NCBI GenBank assembly: GCA_905236145.1
Contig: CAJOOE010000132.1
Span: forward strand, 1-37,834
Direction of reading: 5' to 3'
Origin: an uncultured Selenomonadaceae bacterium
GTDB taxonomy: Bacteria > Bacillota > Negativicutes > Selenomonadales > Selenomonadaceae
DNA: 37,834 nucleotides
Numbering within the stretch: the first letter of the stretch is position 1; every line of letters begins with the position of its first letter. Position numbers and translations under genes: made by a program. The notes beneath the pieces were generated by a model. The model did not search any database, had not been told where the DNA came from, and saw only the letters and a program-made list of their open reading frames with translations. Below, in pieces: positions 7,825 through 16,068 of the stretch.

Positions 7825-8730
7825 TCAGAGAATAAATTCGGATTTAAAAGCGACAACCGCCCTTCCGACAATTTTTACATTTTCCGCCCTGCCGCCGGCA
7901 ATTTCCGCAATAACTTTCATTTCGCCGGCACGATTTATTTTTTCGCCCTGAATAATTTCAAATTCAAGCCGGTTGTTTTTCTCAAGTTCCCGGCAAATTC
8001 CGAAATTTACGAAATAACTCCCTATCCCGCCGCCGGCAATTCCGGTAACCGGATCTTCCGCAATCCCCCAAGCCGGAGCGAACATTCTGCCGTGTACGAA
8101 AAATTTTTCGCCGGGATTTAAAGTAAAAACATAAAAGCCGTTGCGATTTATTTCGGAGCTTATTTTTTCGAGAGCGGCAAGGTCGGGTTGAAGGTTGTGA
8201 AGAAGTTCGTTTGACTTTATTCCGACGAAGGCAATTTTATTGTCCGCACCGGCAATCGGGCAATTTTCGTTAAAATCGTCCGGCGAAATTTTCAGAGCGT
8301 CGGCAATTTTTTTGACAAGTTCCGGAGAATAAGGATCGTCGATTTTTATTTTTCCCTGCGACATGACGACGGAAAAATTTTCACCGTCTTTGACAACTTC
8401 AACCGGCAAAATTCCCGCCTTCGTTTTTTGAAGTGTAATTCCGATTTTTGCGTCACCCTCCAAAGCCCGGACAAAGTGAGTTGAAATTGTCGCGTGACCG
8501 CACAAATTTATTTCGGTCGTCGGCGTGAAAAATCTGACTTCAATATCATAATCCGACGAATCGGATTTAAAGACAAAGGCGGTTTCGGAATTGTTCATTT
8601 CGCGGGCAATTTTTTGCATCTGATTTTCGGTAAGTCCGTCGGCATTGGGAACGACTCCCGCCGGATTGCCGCCGAAAATTTTTTCCGCGAAAGCGTCAAT
8701 TTGATAAAGTCTGTAAATTTTCAAAATCAT
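7825..8730 (-). CDS. PhzF family isomerase
   Basis: The N-terminus YQIDAFAEKIFGGNPAGVV...SETAFV is typical of the PhzF/YddE family. The length of 301 aa also fits. Confidence 0.88.
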   Translation of the reverse strand: MILKIYRLYQIDAFAEKIFGGNPAGVVPNADGLTENQMQKIAREMNNSETAFVFKSDSSDYDIEVRFFTPTTEINLCGHATISTHFVRALEGDAKIGITLQKTKAGILPVEVVKDGENFSVVMSQGKIKIDDPYSPELVKKIADALKISPDDFNENCPIAGADNKIAFVGIKSNELLHNLQPDLAALEKISSEINRNGFYVFTLNPGEKFFVHGRMFAPAWGIAEDPVTGIAGGGIGSYFVNFGICRELEKNNRLEFEIIQGEKINRAGEMKVIAEIAGGRAENVKIVGRAVVAFKSEFIL

Positions 8731-8742
8731 CTTTCCCTTCTC

Positions 8743-8798
8743 AAAAAAAAATTAAACACCGTCCTGCAGTTGATTTTCGCAAATTGCCGGACGGTGTT
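8743..8798 (-). terminator. Strong terminator-like hairpin plus a U9 tract, about 155 nt after the permease stop and ending about 13 nt before the phzF start codon
   Basis: On the minus strand a 10-bp perfect stem, AACACCGTCC/GGACGGTGTT, is extendable by GCA and TTG pairs. It is followed by TAATTTTTTTTT, then GAGAAGGGAAAG and the ATG. Confidence 0.55.
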
Positions 8799-8952
8799 GA
8801 GAGTAAAAAATTTTTCTCAAGTCAATGACGCAGATTCAACAACGCCACGCCGACTGTTATCAAAGCAATTCCGATTGCCGATTGAAAAAACTTCAAGCAA
8901 AATTGACGCGAGTAAAAAGACGTAACCATTCAAGACGGCAAACAACTCCAAA

Positions 8953-10314
8953 TCAAAGGAAAATATATTTCAGGACAAAAAGCAAGGTGAGAATGTACAT
9001 CAATATCGTGACTTTTGAAGATTTTCCGGTCGATACGTTCAAAATCGTGTAAGAAATTACGCCGAAGGCAATTCCTTCCGAAATCGAATAAGTAAAAGCC
9101 ATCGCAAAAATTGTTATGAATGAAGGTATAGCGTCAGCCAAATCAACCGTCCAATCCATTTTTGTAATTTGTTGCATCATCAAAAATCCGACGATCATCA
9201 GAGCGGGAGCCGTCGCAAATGCCGGAATTGCCAAAAACAACGGCGAGAAAAACAATGCAAGCAAAAACAATCCCGCAGAAGTCGCGGAAGTCAATCCGGT
9301 TTTTCCCCCCTCCGCAATACCGGAAGAAGATTCGACAAAAGTCGTGACGGTGGACGTTCCGAGCAACGCACCTGCAGTCGTTCCCACAGCGTCGGTCAAC
9401 AGAACTTTCTTTATTTGCGGAAGTTTTCCGTCCTTGTCAAGCATATTCGCCTTTGACGCACAGCCTATAACCGTTCCTATCGTGTCGAACATATCGACGA
9501 ACAGGAAGGAAAGCAAAATTGTTATAAAGTTTACCGACAAAATCAAACTGAAATCAAGTTGCATAAAAGTCGGAGCGACGGAGGCGGGAGCCGAAATTAT
9601 TCCGGACGGAAACAGACTGAAAAAACCTTTGTCCGGAGCCGGAACATAAAAGCCGGCAACTTCGCAGAGCATACCGATAACCCAAGTCAAAACAATTCCG
9701 TAAAGAATACTGCCTTGCACATTTTTTATCATCAAGATCGCCGTCAACATAAGTCCGATAAATGCCAAAAGTGCGGTAATGCCTTCGGAACTGAAAGTCC
9801 CGTCACTCAATGAACTGCCGAACGGGAAAAGTTTTACAAGCGTCGGGCCGGCAACGACTATGTGAGCATTTTGCAGACCGATAAAGCAGATAAACAATCC
9901 TATTCCGACGGATACCGCAATTTTCAGCGGGGCGGGGATTGCATTAAAAATTGCCTCGCGAACGTTTGTAACAGATAAGACTATAAAAATTATTCCTTCG
10001 ACGAAAACCGCCGCCAATGCCTCCTGCCAAGTATAACCCATTCCGATTACGACGGTATAAGCCATGAAGGCGTTGAGTCCCATGCCCGCCGACAAGACGA
10101 ACGGCATATTTGCCAGGAACGCCATTATCAAAGTCGCCAATGCCGATGCCAGAGCCGTAGCCGTAAATACCGCACCGGCATCCATACCCGCCGCACTCAG
10201 GATAATCGGGTTGACCGCCAGAATATACGCCATCGTCATAAATGTCGTTATTCCGGCTCTGACCTCAGTCTTTACGTCGGTACCGTGTTCTCTGAGTTTA
10301 AAAAAATTTTCCAT
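8953..10314 (-). CDS. NCS2 family purine permease (adenine/guanine/hypoxanthine, AzgA/PbuG type)
   Basis: MENFFKLREHGTDVKTEVRAGITTFMTMAYILAVNP is the hallmark AzgA-type N-terminus. The 453-aa protein is polytopic and hydrophobic. GGAGGGG lies 10 nt upstream. Confidence 0.9.
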   Translation of the reverse strand: MENFFKLREHGTDVKTEVRAGITTFMTMAYILAVNPIILSAAGMDAGAVFTATALASALATLIMAFLANMPFVLSAGMGLNAFMAYTVVIGMGYTWQEALAAVFVEGIIFIVLSVTNVREAIFNAIPAPLKIAVSVGIGLFICFIGLQNAHIVVAGPTLVKLFPFGSSLSDGTFSSEGITALLAFIGLMLTAILMIKNVQGSILYGIVLTWVIGMLCEVAGFYVPAPDKGFFSLFPSGIISAPASVAPTFMQLDFSLILSVNFITILLSFLFVDMFDTIGTVIGCASKANMLDKDGKLPQIKKVLLTDAVGTTAGALLGTSTVTTFVESSSGIAEGGKTGLTSATSAGLFLLALFFSPLFLAIPAFATAPALMIVGFLMMQQITKMDWTVDLADAIPSFITIFAMAFTYSISEGIAFGVISYTILNVSTGKSSKVTILMYILTLLFVLKYIFL

Positions 10315-10342
10315 GTAACAAAAACCCCTCCGGTTAACAATT

Positions 10343-10369
10343 AAAAAAACTCGTCCGAACTTTCGGACG
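10343..10369 (-). terminator. Intrinsic terminator downstream of pth, about 28 nt upstream of the permease start
   Basis: The minus strand reads CGTCCG-AAAGTT-CGGACG, then AG and TTTTTTT. A second perfect 7-bp hairpin, GGCTTAT/ATAAGCC, lies at 10372-10392 just upstream. Confidence 0.65.
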
Positions 10370-10433
10370 GCGGCTTATTCTGCATATAAGCCGGATATTC
10401 CTTTCAAAAATTTTGTATTCATTTTCCGGTCGG

Positions 10434-11009
10434 TCATTCTTTTTTGCGTGGATTAAATTTGTTCATCGCTTGATCAATGCCTTCTTTAAAAATGCAGAGA
10501 GTCGCCGGGACAAGTTCTTCGATCGCCGCCCTGATTTTTTCCGAATCTTCCGGAGTGAACGGACTTAAAACATGAGAATTGACCGAACGATTTTCCGTCG
10601 GGTGACCGATCCCGATTCTTATTCGCGGAAAATCTTGCCTGCCGCCCAAATGTTGAATAATCGACTCAATTCCGTGATGACCGCCGCCGCTGCCTTTCGG
10701 GCGAAGTCGAATTTTTCCGACCGGCAAATCCATATCATCATGGGCGACAATCAATTCGGAAGTATCCGCCTTGTAAAAATTGAAAATCGCTCCGACGGCC
10801 TCGCCGCTCAAATTCATAAAAGTCAGCGGCTTGACGACAAAAATTTTTTCGCCCTCAAAAAAACTTTCCGCAACAAGTGCATTAAATTTTTCCCGCCAAT
10901 CCGCCGCTCCGATTTTTTCCGCAACTTTGTCGGCAAGCATAAAGCCGACGTTGTGTTTCGTCCCGGCGTATTCGGCTCCGGGATTTCCCAGCCCCGCAAA
11001 AATTTTCAT
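10434..11009 (-). CDS. pth: Peptidyl-tRNA hydrolase
   Basis: MKIFAGLGNPGAEYAGTKHNVGFM plus the internal HDDMDLP and GGHHG-type motifs. The length is 191 aa. Confidence 0.95.
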   Translation of the reverse strand: MKIFAGLGNPGAEYAGTKHNVGFMLADKVAEKIGAADWREKFNALVAESFFEGEKIFVVKPLTFMNLSGEAVGAIFNFYKADTSELIVAHDDMDLPVGKIRLRPKGSGGGHHGIESIIQHLGGRQDFPRIRIGIGHPTENRSVNSHVLSPFTPEDSEKIRAAIEELVPATLCIFKEGIDQAMNKFNPRKKE

Positions 11010-11020
11010 TTCAAATTACC

Positions 11021-11860
11021 TCACACCGGATTTCCCACAAAGAACAGCCAACCGACAACGATTATTCCCAAAATTATCCGATACCAACCGAAGGCGGTGA
11101 AGTCGTTTTTCTTGATGTACCGGAGCAGGAATTTTATCGACAAAATCGACACGATAAACGCCGTGATCATTCCGACAAGCAAAATTACAATTTCCGCTCC
11201 CGTGTATTCAAATCCGAATTTTACCAATTTCAAAAGACTTGCCCCGAACATTACCGGGATTGCAAGAAAAAATGTAAATTCCGCCGCGACGACGCGACTT
11301 GTCCCGAAAATTATTCCGCCCAAAATTGTCGAGCCGCTCCGCGAAGTTCCCGGAACGAGTGAGAGGACTTGAAACAGTCCGATTATCAATGCGGTTTTAT
11401 AATCGAGTTGCTCCAAAGTCCTGATTTTCGGATTTCTGTAGCGATTGTAATTTTCCACGACGATAAAAAGTATTCCGTAAAAAATCAAAGCACCGGCGAC
11501 AACTTCCGCAGTCATAAAATGTTCTTCCATAAAATCATTGAACGGCAAGCCGATTGCCGCCGCCGGTATGCAAGCCAAAATTACTTTCTGCCAAAGTTGA
11601 ACGGTCTGCTTTTTCTCCGTCCGATTTTTGTACGGCGAGAAGGGATTGAGTTTTTCAAAATTCAAAACGACGACCGCCAAAATCGCACCGAGTTGAATCA
11701 CCACCAAAAACATATCCATAAAAGACTTGCTGACGTTCAATTTTATAAATTCGTCAACAAGTATCATGTGACCGGTGCTGGAAATCGGCAGCCATTCCGT
11801 CAACCCTTCCACAACACCGAGTATTATTGTCTTTAAAATTTCCGCAAAATTTAAATCCAC
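11021..11860 (-). CDS. uppP: Undecaprenyl-diphosphate phosphatase
   Basis: [21 protein letters not shown] and [10 protein letters not shown] are the two BacA/UppP signature motifs. The start is GTG, with GAGGAGG 7 nt upstream. Confidence 0.93.
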   Translation of the reverse strand: MDLNFAEILKTIILGVVEGLTEWLPISSTGHMILVDEFIKLNVSKSFMDMFLVVIQLGAILAVVVLNFEKLNPFSPYKNRTEKKQTVQLWQKVILACIPAAAIGLPFNDFMEEHFMTAEVVAGALIFYGILFIVVENYNRYRNPKIRTLEQLDYKTALIIGLFQVLSLVPGTSRSGSTILGGIIFGTSRVVAAEFTFFLAIPVMFGASLLKLVKFGFEYTGAEIVILLVGMITAFIVSILSIKFLLRYIKKNDFTAFGWYRIILGIIVVGWLFFVGNPV

Positions 11861-11890
11861 CGTGCAGCCTCCTCAAAAAATTTTTTTGTT

Positions 11891-12580
11891 TCAAACGCCG
11901 GTTTCCGCAGAACGCCGGCGAATCATACGCAATTCTTCAACAAGATTTTCCTTCAACTTTTCTTCAAGTTCCGGAAGTTCCTTCGAGTCGAAAGTGTAAC
12001 TGACATCCGGAACGGAATTTATATGAGCCTCTCCGGAAAATTCGTCGGTGTAAATATTGTAATACAGAACAAAATCGCTTTCAATTTTAAAATCCGCATA
12101 GTTTGCGATTATGAAAGAACCGTTCGTAAATTCGACGGGTGCGGTCGGTTTTATGAAAAGTTCAAAACCTTCAAGCGTTGCCGGAAAATTTTTCCCGTAC
12201 TCCCACCCCGGAATTTTTTTGTCCCGCACGAGCGAATTTATTTTTGGGTTGTCGAAGTCGGCAAGATTTTCAATTATTCCCCTTATTCCGGAATCGAGTT
12301 TGACTTTAAATTCCGGGAATTTGTCGGCAAAAAAATCCGTCAGACAAAATTCCGTCAATCCGATTTTTACGCGAATTTTATATTCTCCGGTTTCTTCGTG
12401 AAAATAAGCCGTCAAAGTACAATGCCTTTCCGGATTTTCATAAGAAAAATAATTGAATTTGTCGCCGGTCGCATCGAAGATTTTTTTCAGCCGGAAACCT
12501 TCGATTTCTTCCGGCAAATTTTTTTCAAAATCCGTCGCTCCGACTTCTTCGATCAATTTATTTTTTAAGTCGTCTTTCAA
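11891..12580 (-). CDS. Hypothetical acidic soluble protein, 229 aa, with no recognisable domain
   Basis: The start is TTG, with AAAGGAG 8 nt upstream. It lies in the same orientation between nadK and uppP, with gaps of 57 and 30 nt and no terminator. I see no TM segment or signal peptide. Confidence 0.6.
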   Translation of the reverse strand: MKDDLKNKLIEEVGATDFEKNLPEEIEGFRLKKIFDATGDKFNYFSYENPERHCTLTAYFHEETGEYKIRVKIGLTEFCLTDFFADKFPEFKVKLDSGIRGIIENLADFDNPKINSLVRDKKIPGWEYGKNFPATLEGFELFIKPTAPVEFTNGSFIIANYADFKIESDFVLYYNIYTDEFSGEAHINSVPDVSYTFDSKELPELEEKLKENLVEELRMIRRRSAETGV

Positions 12581-12637
12581 ATTTGATTCTCCTTTCAGAG
12601 CATTGGCGGACCGGAGCGTCGGTGACAGCCGACCGCT

Positions 12638-13546
12638 TTAATCCTCAGATTCGTCCGTTCCCCAAAGTTTTGACTTCAGAATACGATAATAACTTTTGTC
12701 ATCGAATTTTACAATCTGTGCAGAGGAAGTTGCCTTGCGAATAACCACATCGTCACCCGGACGAACAACTTGACTTGATTGCCCGTCCAGAGTAAGCAAA
12801 ATATTGCTGCTCGGCTCAATCTTCAAAAAAACTTCGTCATTCTCACTTACGACAAGCGGTCGCATTTGAAAAGTATGAGGACAAATGGGAGTAATCAAAA
12901 CCGCACCGATCGTCGGATTTAAAATCGGTCCCCCGGCACTCAAAGAGTAAGCCGTCGAGCCTGTCGGACTTGAAACAATCAGCCCGTCCGCTTTAAAGTC
13001 CATTAAATGCGTATTGTTTATGTGAAGTCCCAAATGCAACATTCTTGCAACGCCGCCTTTTGATACCACAACATCGTTAATCGCATTGCCGACAAATTTT
13101 TCTCCGAGTTCGTTGCGAATGTAACAGCTTAACAAAAGTCTTTGCTCCACGCGATATTGATTGAGCAGAATTTGACCGAGCCGGCTCTCCAATTCTCGCG
13201 GCTCAATATCCGCCAAAAATCCCAAGTGACCGAGATTTATTCCGCAGACCGGGACATTTTGTCCGGCAAATCTCCTGCACACGCCCAGCAAAGTCCCGTC
13301 CCCGCCGATAGACAAAGCCATGTCTATATGAACACGTTCGACGCAGGGCAGACCAAATTCTTCCTTGCGAAATTGTCTTGCCTCGGCAGCCGGCATTACA
13401 AGGCGAACGTCTTTATTTTTGTAGAAATTGAAAATGCGATCCACAATTTCGCCCGTTCGCCTTTTGACTATGTTCGGAAAAACGGCAAGCTGCAACATAC
13501 CCGCCTCGACACCGAAAACCGTCCCGAAAATATTTTGTTTTGCCAT
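12638..13546 (-). CDS. nadK: NAD kinase
   Basis: It has the GGDGTLL motif, NLGHLGFL and the PTGSTAYSLSAGGPI motif. Its start codon directly abuts the tlyA stop codon. Confidence 0.92.
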   Translation of the reverse strand: MAKQNIFGTVFGVEAGMLQLAVFPNIVKRRTGEIVDRIFNFYKNKDVRLVMPAAEARQFRKEEFGLPCVERVHIDMALSIGGDGTLLGVCRRFAGQNVPVCGINLGHLGFLADIEPRELESRLGQILLNQYRVEQRLLLSCYIRNELGEKFVGNAINDVVVSKGGVARMLHLGLHINNTHLMDFKADGLIVSSPTGSTAYSLSAGGPILNPTIGAVLITPICPHTFQMRPLVVSENDEVFLKIEPSSNILLTLDGQSSQVVRPGDDVVIRKATSSAQIVKFDDKSYYRILKSKLWGTDESED

Positions 13547-14353
13547 TCAACCGTTCAGCTCCTTATGTGCATTTTCGACAACAGAATTTATATCCGGTTT
13601 GAAATTTTCGTCGAAACTTTTTTTTGAAATATACGCAAGATATTCTATATTTCCTTCCGGACCTTTAATCGGCGAAAAAGTCAGCCCGCAAATTTTAAAT
13701 CCGAGTTCGCCGGCAAAAGTCAAAACTTTTTCAATGACTTCCGCATGAATTTTTTTGTCTTTGACAACGCCCTTTTTCCCCACATTTTCACGCCCTGCCT
13801 CAAATTGCGGCTTGATGAGAGCGACAACTTCCCCGTCCGATTTCAAAATTTCAAACGCGACCGGCAAAACTTTATCCAAAGAAATGAAAGCAACGTCGAT
13901 TGAGGCAAAGTCAAGTTCGTCCGGAATATCTTCCCGTGTGACGTTGCGAATGTTCGTCCGCTCCAAATTTACGACGCGGCTGTCTTGACGAAGTTTCCAG
14001 GCAAGCTGACCGTAACCCACGTCAATCGAATAAACTTTTTCCGCTCCGTTCTGCAACATACAATCGGTAAAGCCGCCGGTTGACGCTCCGATGTCCGCAG
14101 CAATTTTCCCGGAAAGGTTTAAATTAAAAGTTTCGACAGCCTTTTTGAGTTTGAAACCGCCGCGACTTACAAAAGGCATTTCTTCACCGAGTACGCGAAT
14201 TTCCGAATCACGACTTACAAGCGTTCCCGCCTTCTCAATTTTCTGCCCGTCAACCAAAATTTTTCCCATCATTATCATTGTCTTTGCCCGGGCTCTGCTT
14301 TCAAAAATATTTCTCTCCGTCAGTAAAATATCCAATCTCTCTTTTGAGGACAA
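13547..14353 (-). CDS. tlyA: TlyA family rRNA (cytidine-2'-O)-methyltransferase
   Basis: It has an S4-like N-terminus (RLDILLTERNIFESRARAKTMI), then VSRGGFKL and the SAM motif DIGASTGGFTD. The start is TTG, with GGAG about 9 nt upstream. Confidence 0.9.
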   Translation of the reverse strand: MSSKERLDILLTERNIFESRARAKTMIMMGKILVDGQKIEKAGTLVSRDSEIRVLGEEMPFVSRGGFKLKKAVETFNLNLSGKIAADIGASTGGFTDCMLQNGAEKVYSIDVGYGQLAWKLRQDSRVVNLERTNIRNVTREDIPDELDFASIDVAFISLDKVLPVAFEILKSDGEVVALIKPQFEAGRENVGKKGVVKDKKIHAEVIEKVLTFAGELGFKICGLTFSPIKGPEGNIEYLAYISKKSFDENFKPDINSVVENAHKELNG

Positions 14354-14385
14354 ACTTCATCACTCCGAAAATTTTTCTGCTCAAG

Positions 14386-14414
14386 ATTATATATCATAAT
14401 GTCAACAGTGTTAA
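14386..14414 (-). promoter_or_regulatory. Sigma70-type promoter candidate for the tlyA-nadK operon
   Basis: The minus strand reads TTAACA, a 17-nt spacer, then TATAAT (perfect -10), about 30 nt upstream of the tlyA start. Confidence 0.5.
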
Positions 14415-14530
14415 GAGCCGGAAAAACAATGCGACAAGCCGAAGAAAATTTTTTCCGGCAGGTAATTTGAACAACCGGGAGAATAACTTCCAAAGATTGA
14501 AGGCAACAAAGAGCGGGAGGAATTTTTTTC

Positions 14531-15493
14531 ATGGACATGAGCCGGATTTTGACGAAGGCGGCGGAAATGAATGCGTCGGACGTGCATTTTACCGTCGGGC
14601 AACCCGTATTTTTTCGCGTCGCCGGAGAAATTTTTAAATTCGGCGAAAATTTGACGGCGGACGAAGTGAAAAATTTTTTGACGGAAATTTTGCCGGAACA
14701 CGGAAAGTCTGAACTTAAAGAAAAGGGCGGGACAGATTTTTCATACACCGAAAAAAATTTGAATCGTCGTTTTCGCGTAAATGTTTACCGGCAAAGAAAT
14801 TTTCCCGCCGCCGCCTTTCGACTGATTGCGGACAAAATTCCGACGCTTGAAGAAATCGGAGCACCCGCCGTACTGAAAAAACTTCTCGACCTGAAACAAG
14901 GTTTGATTTTGGTTACCGGCAGAACCGGCTCCGGAAAATCCACGACAATCGCGGCATTTTTAAACGAACTTTGCTCCCTCGGTCCCCGACACCTTTTGAC
15001 TTTGGAAGATCCGATAGAATTTGAATATTCGACGGAAAAATCTTTTGTAAGTCAACGCGAGTACGGACAAGACTTTTTTTGCTTTGCCGACGCGGTGAGA
15101 ACGGCAATGCGGGAAATGCCGGATGTTTTGTTGATCGGAGAAATTCGCGATTCCGAAACAATGAGTGCGGCTCTTGAGGCATCGGCGGCGGGAATTTTGG
15201 TACTCTCCACTTTGCACACGCGGTCTGCGGCGGAAACCGCAATGAGAGTCGAAACAATGTTCCCGATCTCACGCCGGGAATCTGTTCGGGATTTGTTCGC
15301 GGACGAATTCAGTGCAATAATTTCTCAAGAACTTGTAAAAAACTCAGCCGGCAAAATCGTCTGTTCTGCGGAAGTCCTTACGGCAATTCCGGCAACCAGG
15401 TCAATAATTCGAGCCGGAAAATATATTCAACTTCCTTCGATAATGCTTGCAAACCGTTCATGCGGCATGCAAATCCGGGAGAATAAAAAATAA
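14531..15493 (+). CDS. pilT: PilT-family type IV pilus retraction ATPase homologue (320 aa, shorter than typical)
   Basis: It has an ASDVHF N-domain, Walker A GRTGSGKST, the Asp box TLEDPIEF and Walker B DVLLIGEIRD. It also has the His box LSTLHT and an ATRSIIRAG segment corresponding to AIRNLIRE. Confidence 0.82.
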   Translation: MDMSRILTKAAEMNASDVHFTVGQPVFFRVAGEIFKFGENLTADEVKNFLTEILPEHGKSELKEKGGTDFSYTEKNLNRRFRVNVYRQRNFPAAAFRLIADKIPTLEEIGAPAVLKKLLDLKQGLILVTGRTGSGKSTTIAAFLNELCSLGPRHLLTLEDPIEFEYSTEKSFVSQREYGQDFFCFADAVRTAMREMPDVLLIGEIRDSETMSAALEASAAGILVLSTLHTRSAAETAMRVETMFPISRRESVRDLFADEFSAIISQELVKNSAGKIVCSAEVLTAIPATRSIIRAGKYIQLPSIMLANRSCGMQIRENKK

Positions 15494-15603
15494 CCGGTCG
15501 CGGCAAAAAATTTTTCCGGAAATTTATTTTATAAAACAGTGATTTTTTTCTGAAAATCCGGTATAATACCGAAAATATTATTTTGGGGCGAGGTGATTAA
15601 AAA

Positions 15604-16026
15604 ATGAATAATTCGGAAAGCAGGGAGTTGACGCTTGAGGCGACTGTGGAAAATCTTTCGGCGGTAAATGCCTTTATTGATGATTTTTTGGATGCGGTCG
15701 GCTGTCCCGGGCGTTCGCACATGCAACTCAGTCTGGTGATCGAAGAAATCTTCGTAAACGTCGCAAGTTATGCCTACGCCCCGAACACGGGAAAAGTTAC
15801 CGTAAAAATTGCGATCACCCGCGAACCTTTGTCCGCGAAGATAATTTTCATCGATTCCGGCAGGCCTTACAATCCTCTGGAGGCAAAAGAGCCGGATATT
15901 GACGCACCGATTGAGGAACGCAATATAGGCGGACTCGGAATTTTCCTCGTCAAAAAGAATGTCGATGAAGTCAATTATGAATTTGCGGACGGAAAAAATA
16001 TTTTTACGATATTCAAAAAATTGTGA
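15604..16026 (+). CDS. Small HATPase_c-type ATP-binding protein (RsbW/SpoIIAB-like anti-sigma kinase fold)
   Basis: It has an N-box-like EEIFVNVASYAY, a G1-like IDSGRPYNP and a G2-like IGGLGIFLV in 140 aa. GAGGTGA lies upstream, and TATAAT lies at 15562-15567. Confidence 0.7.
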   Translation: MNNSESRELTLEATVENLSAVNAFIDDFLDAVGCPGRSHMQLSLVIEEIFVNVASYAYAPNTGKVTVKIAITREPLSAKIIFIDSGRPYNPLEAKEPDIDAPIEERNIGGLGIFLVKKNVDEVNYEFADGKNIFTIFKKL

Positions 16027-16068
16027 GCCGCTTTCAAAAATTTTTGTTGTTAAGAGGTTTTGAAAATC

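Noticed and set aside
7615-7825. tRNA-Thr as an integration site for a mobile element.
   Set aside because: I found no integrase, no direct repeat of the tRNA 3' end and no accessory genes downstream. The neighbouring genes are ordinary metabolic genes.
8731-8952. A T-box or known riboswitch leader upstream of phzF.
   Set aside because: There is no T-box sequence (GGUGGUACCGCG-like), specifier-loop architecture or other consensus I recognise. Only the terminal hairpin is clear.
10315-10433. A purine (guanine/adenine) riboswitch upstream of the NCS2 purine permease.
   Set aside because: I could not find the conserved three-way-junction sequences (the UAUAAU-type J1/2, the UUUCUACC and CCGUAAA-like segments). 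Only a simple hairpin and a terminator are present. It is kept as a low-to-moderate finding rather than a riboswitch call.
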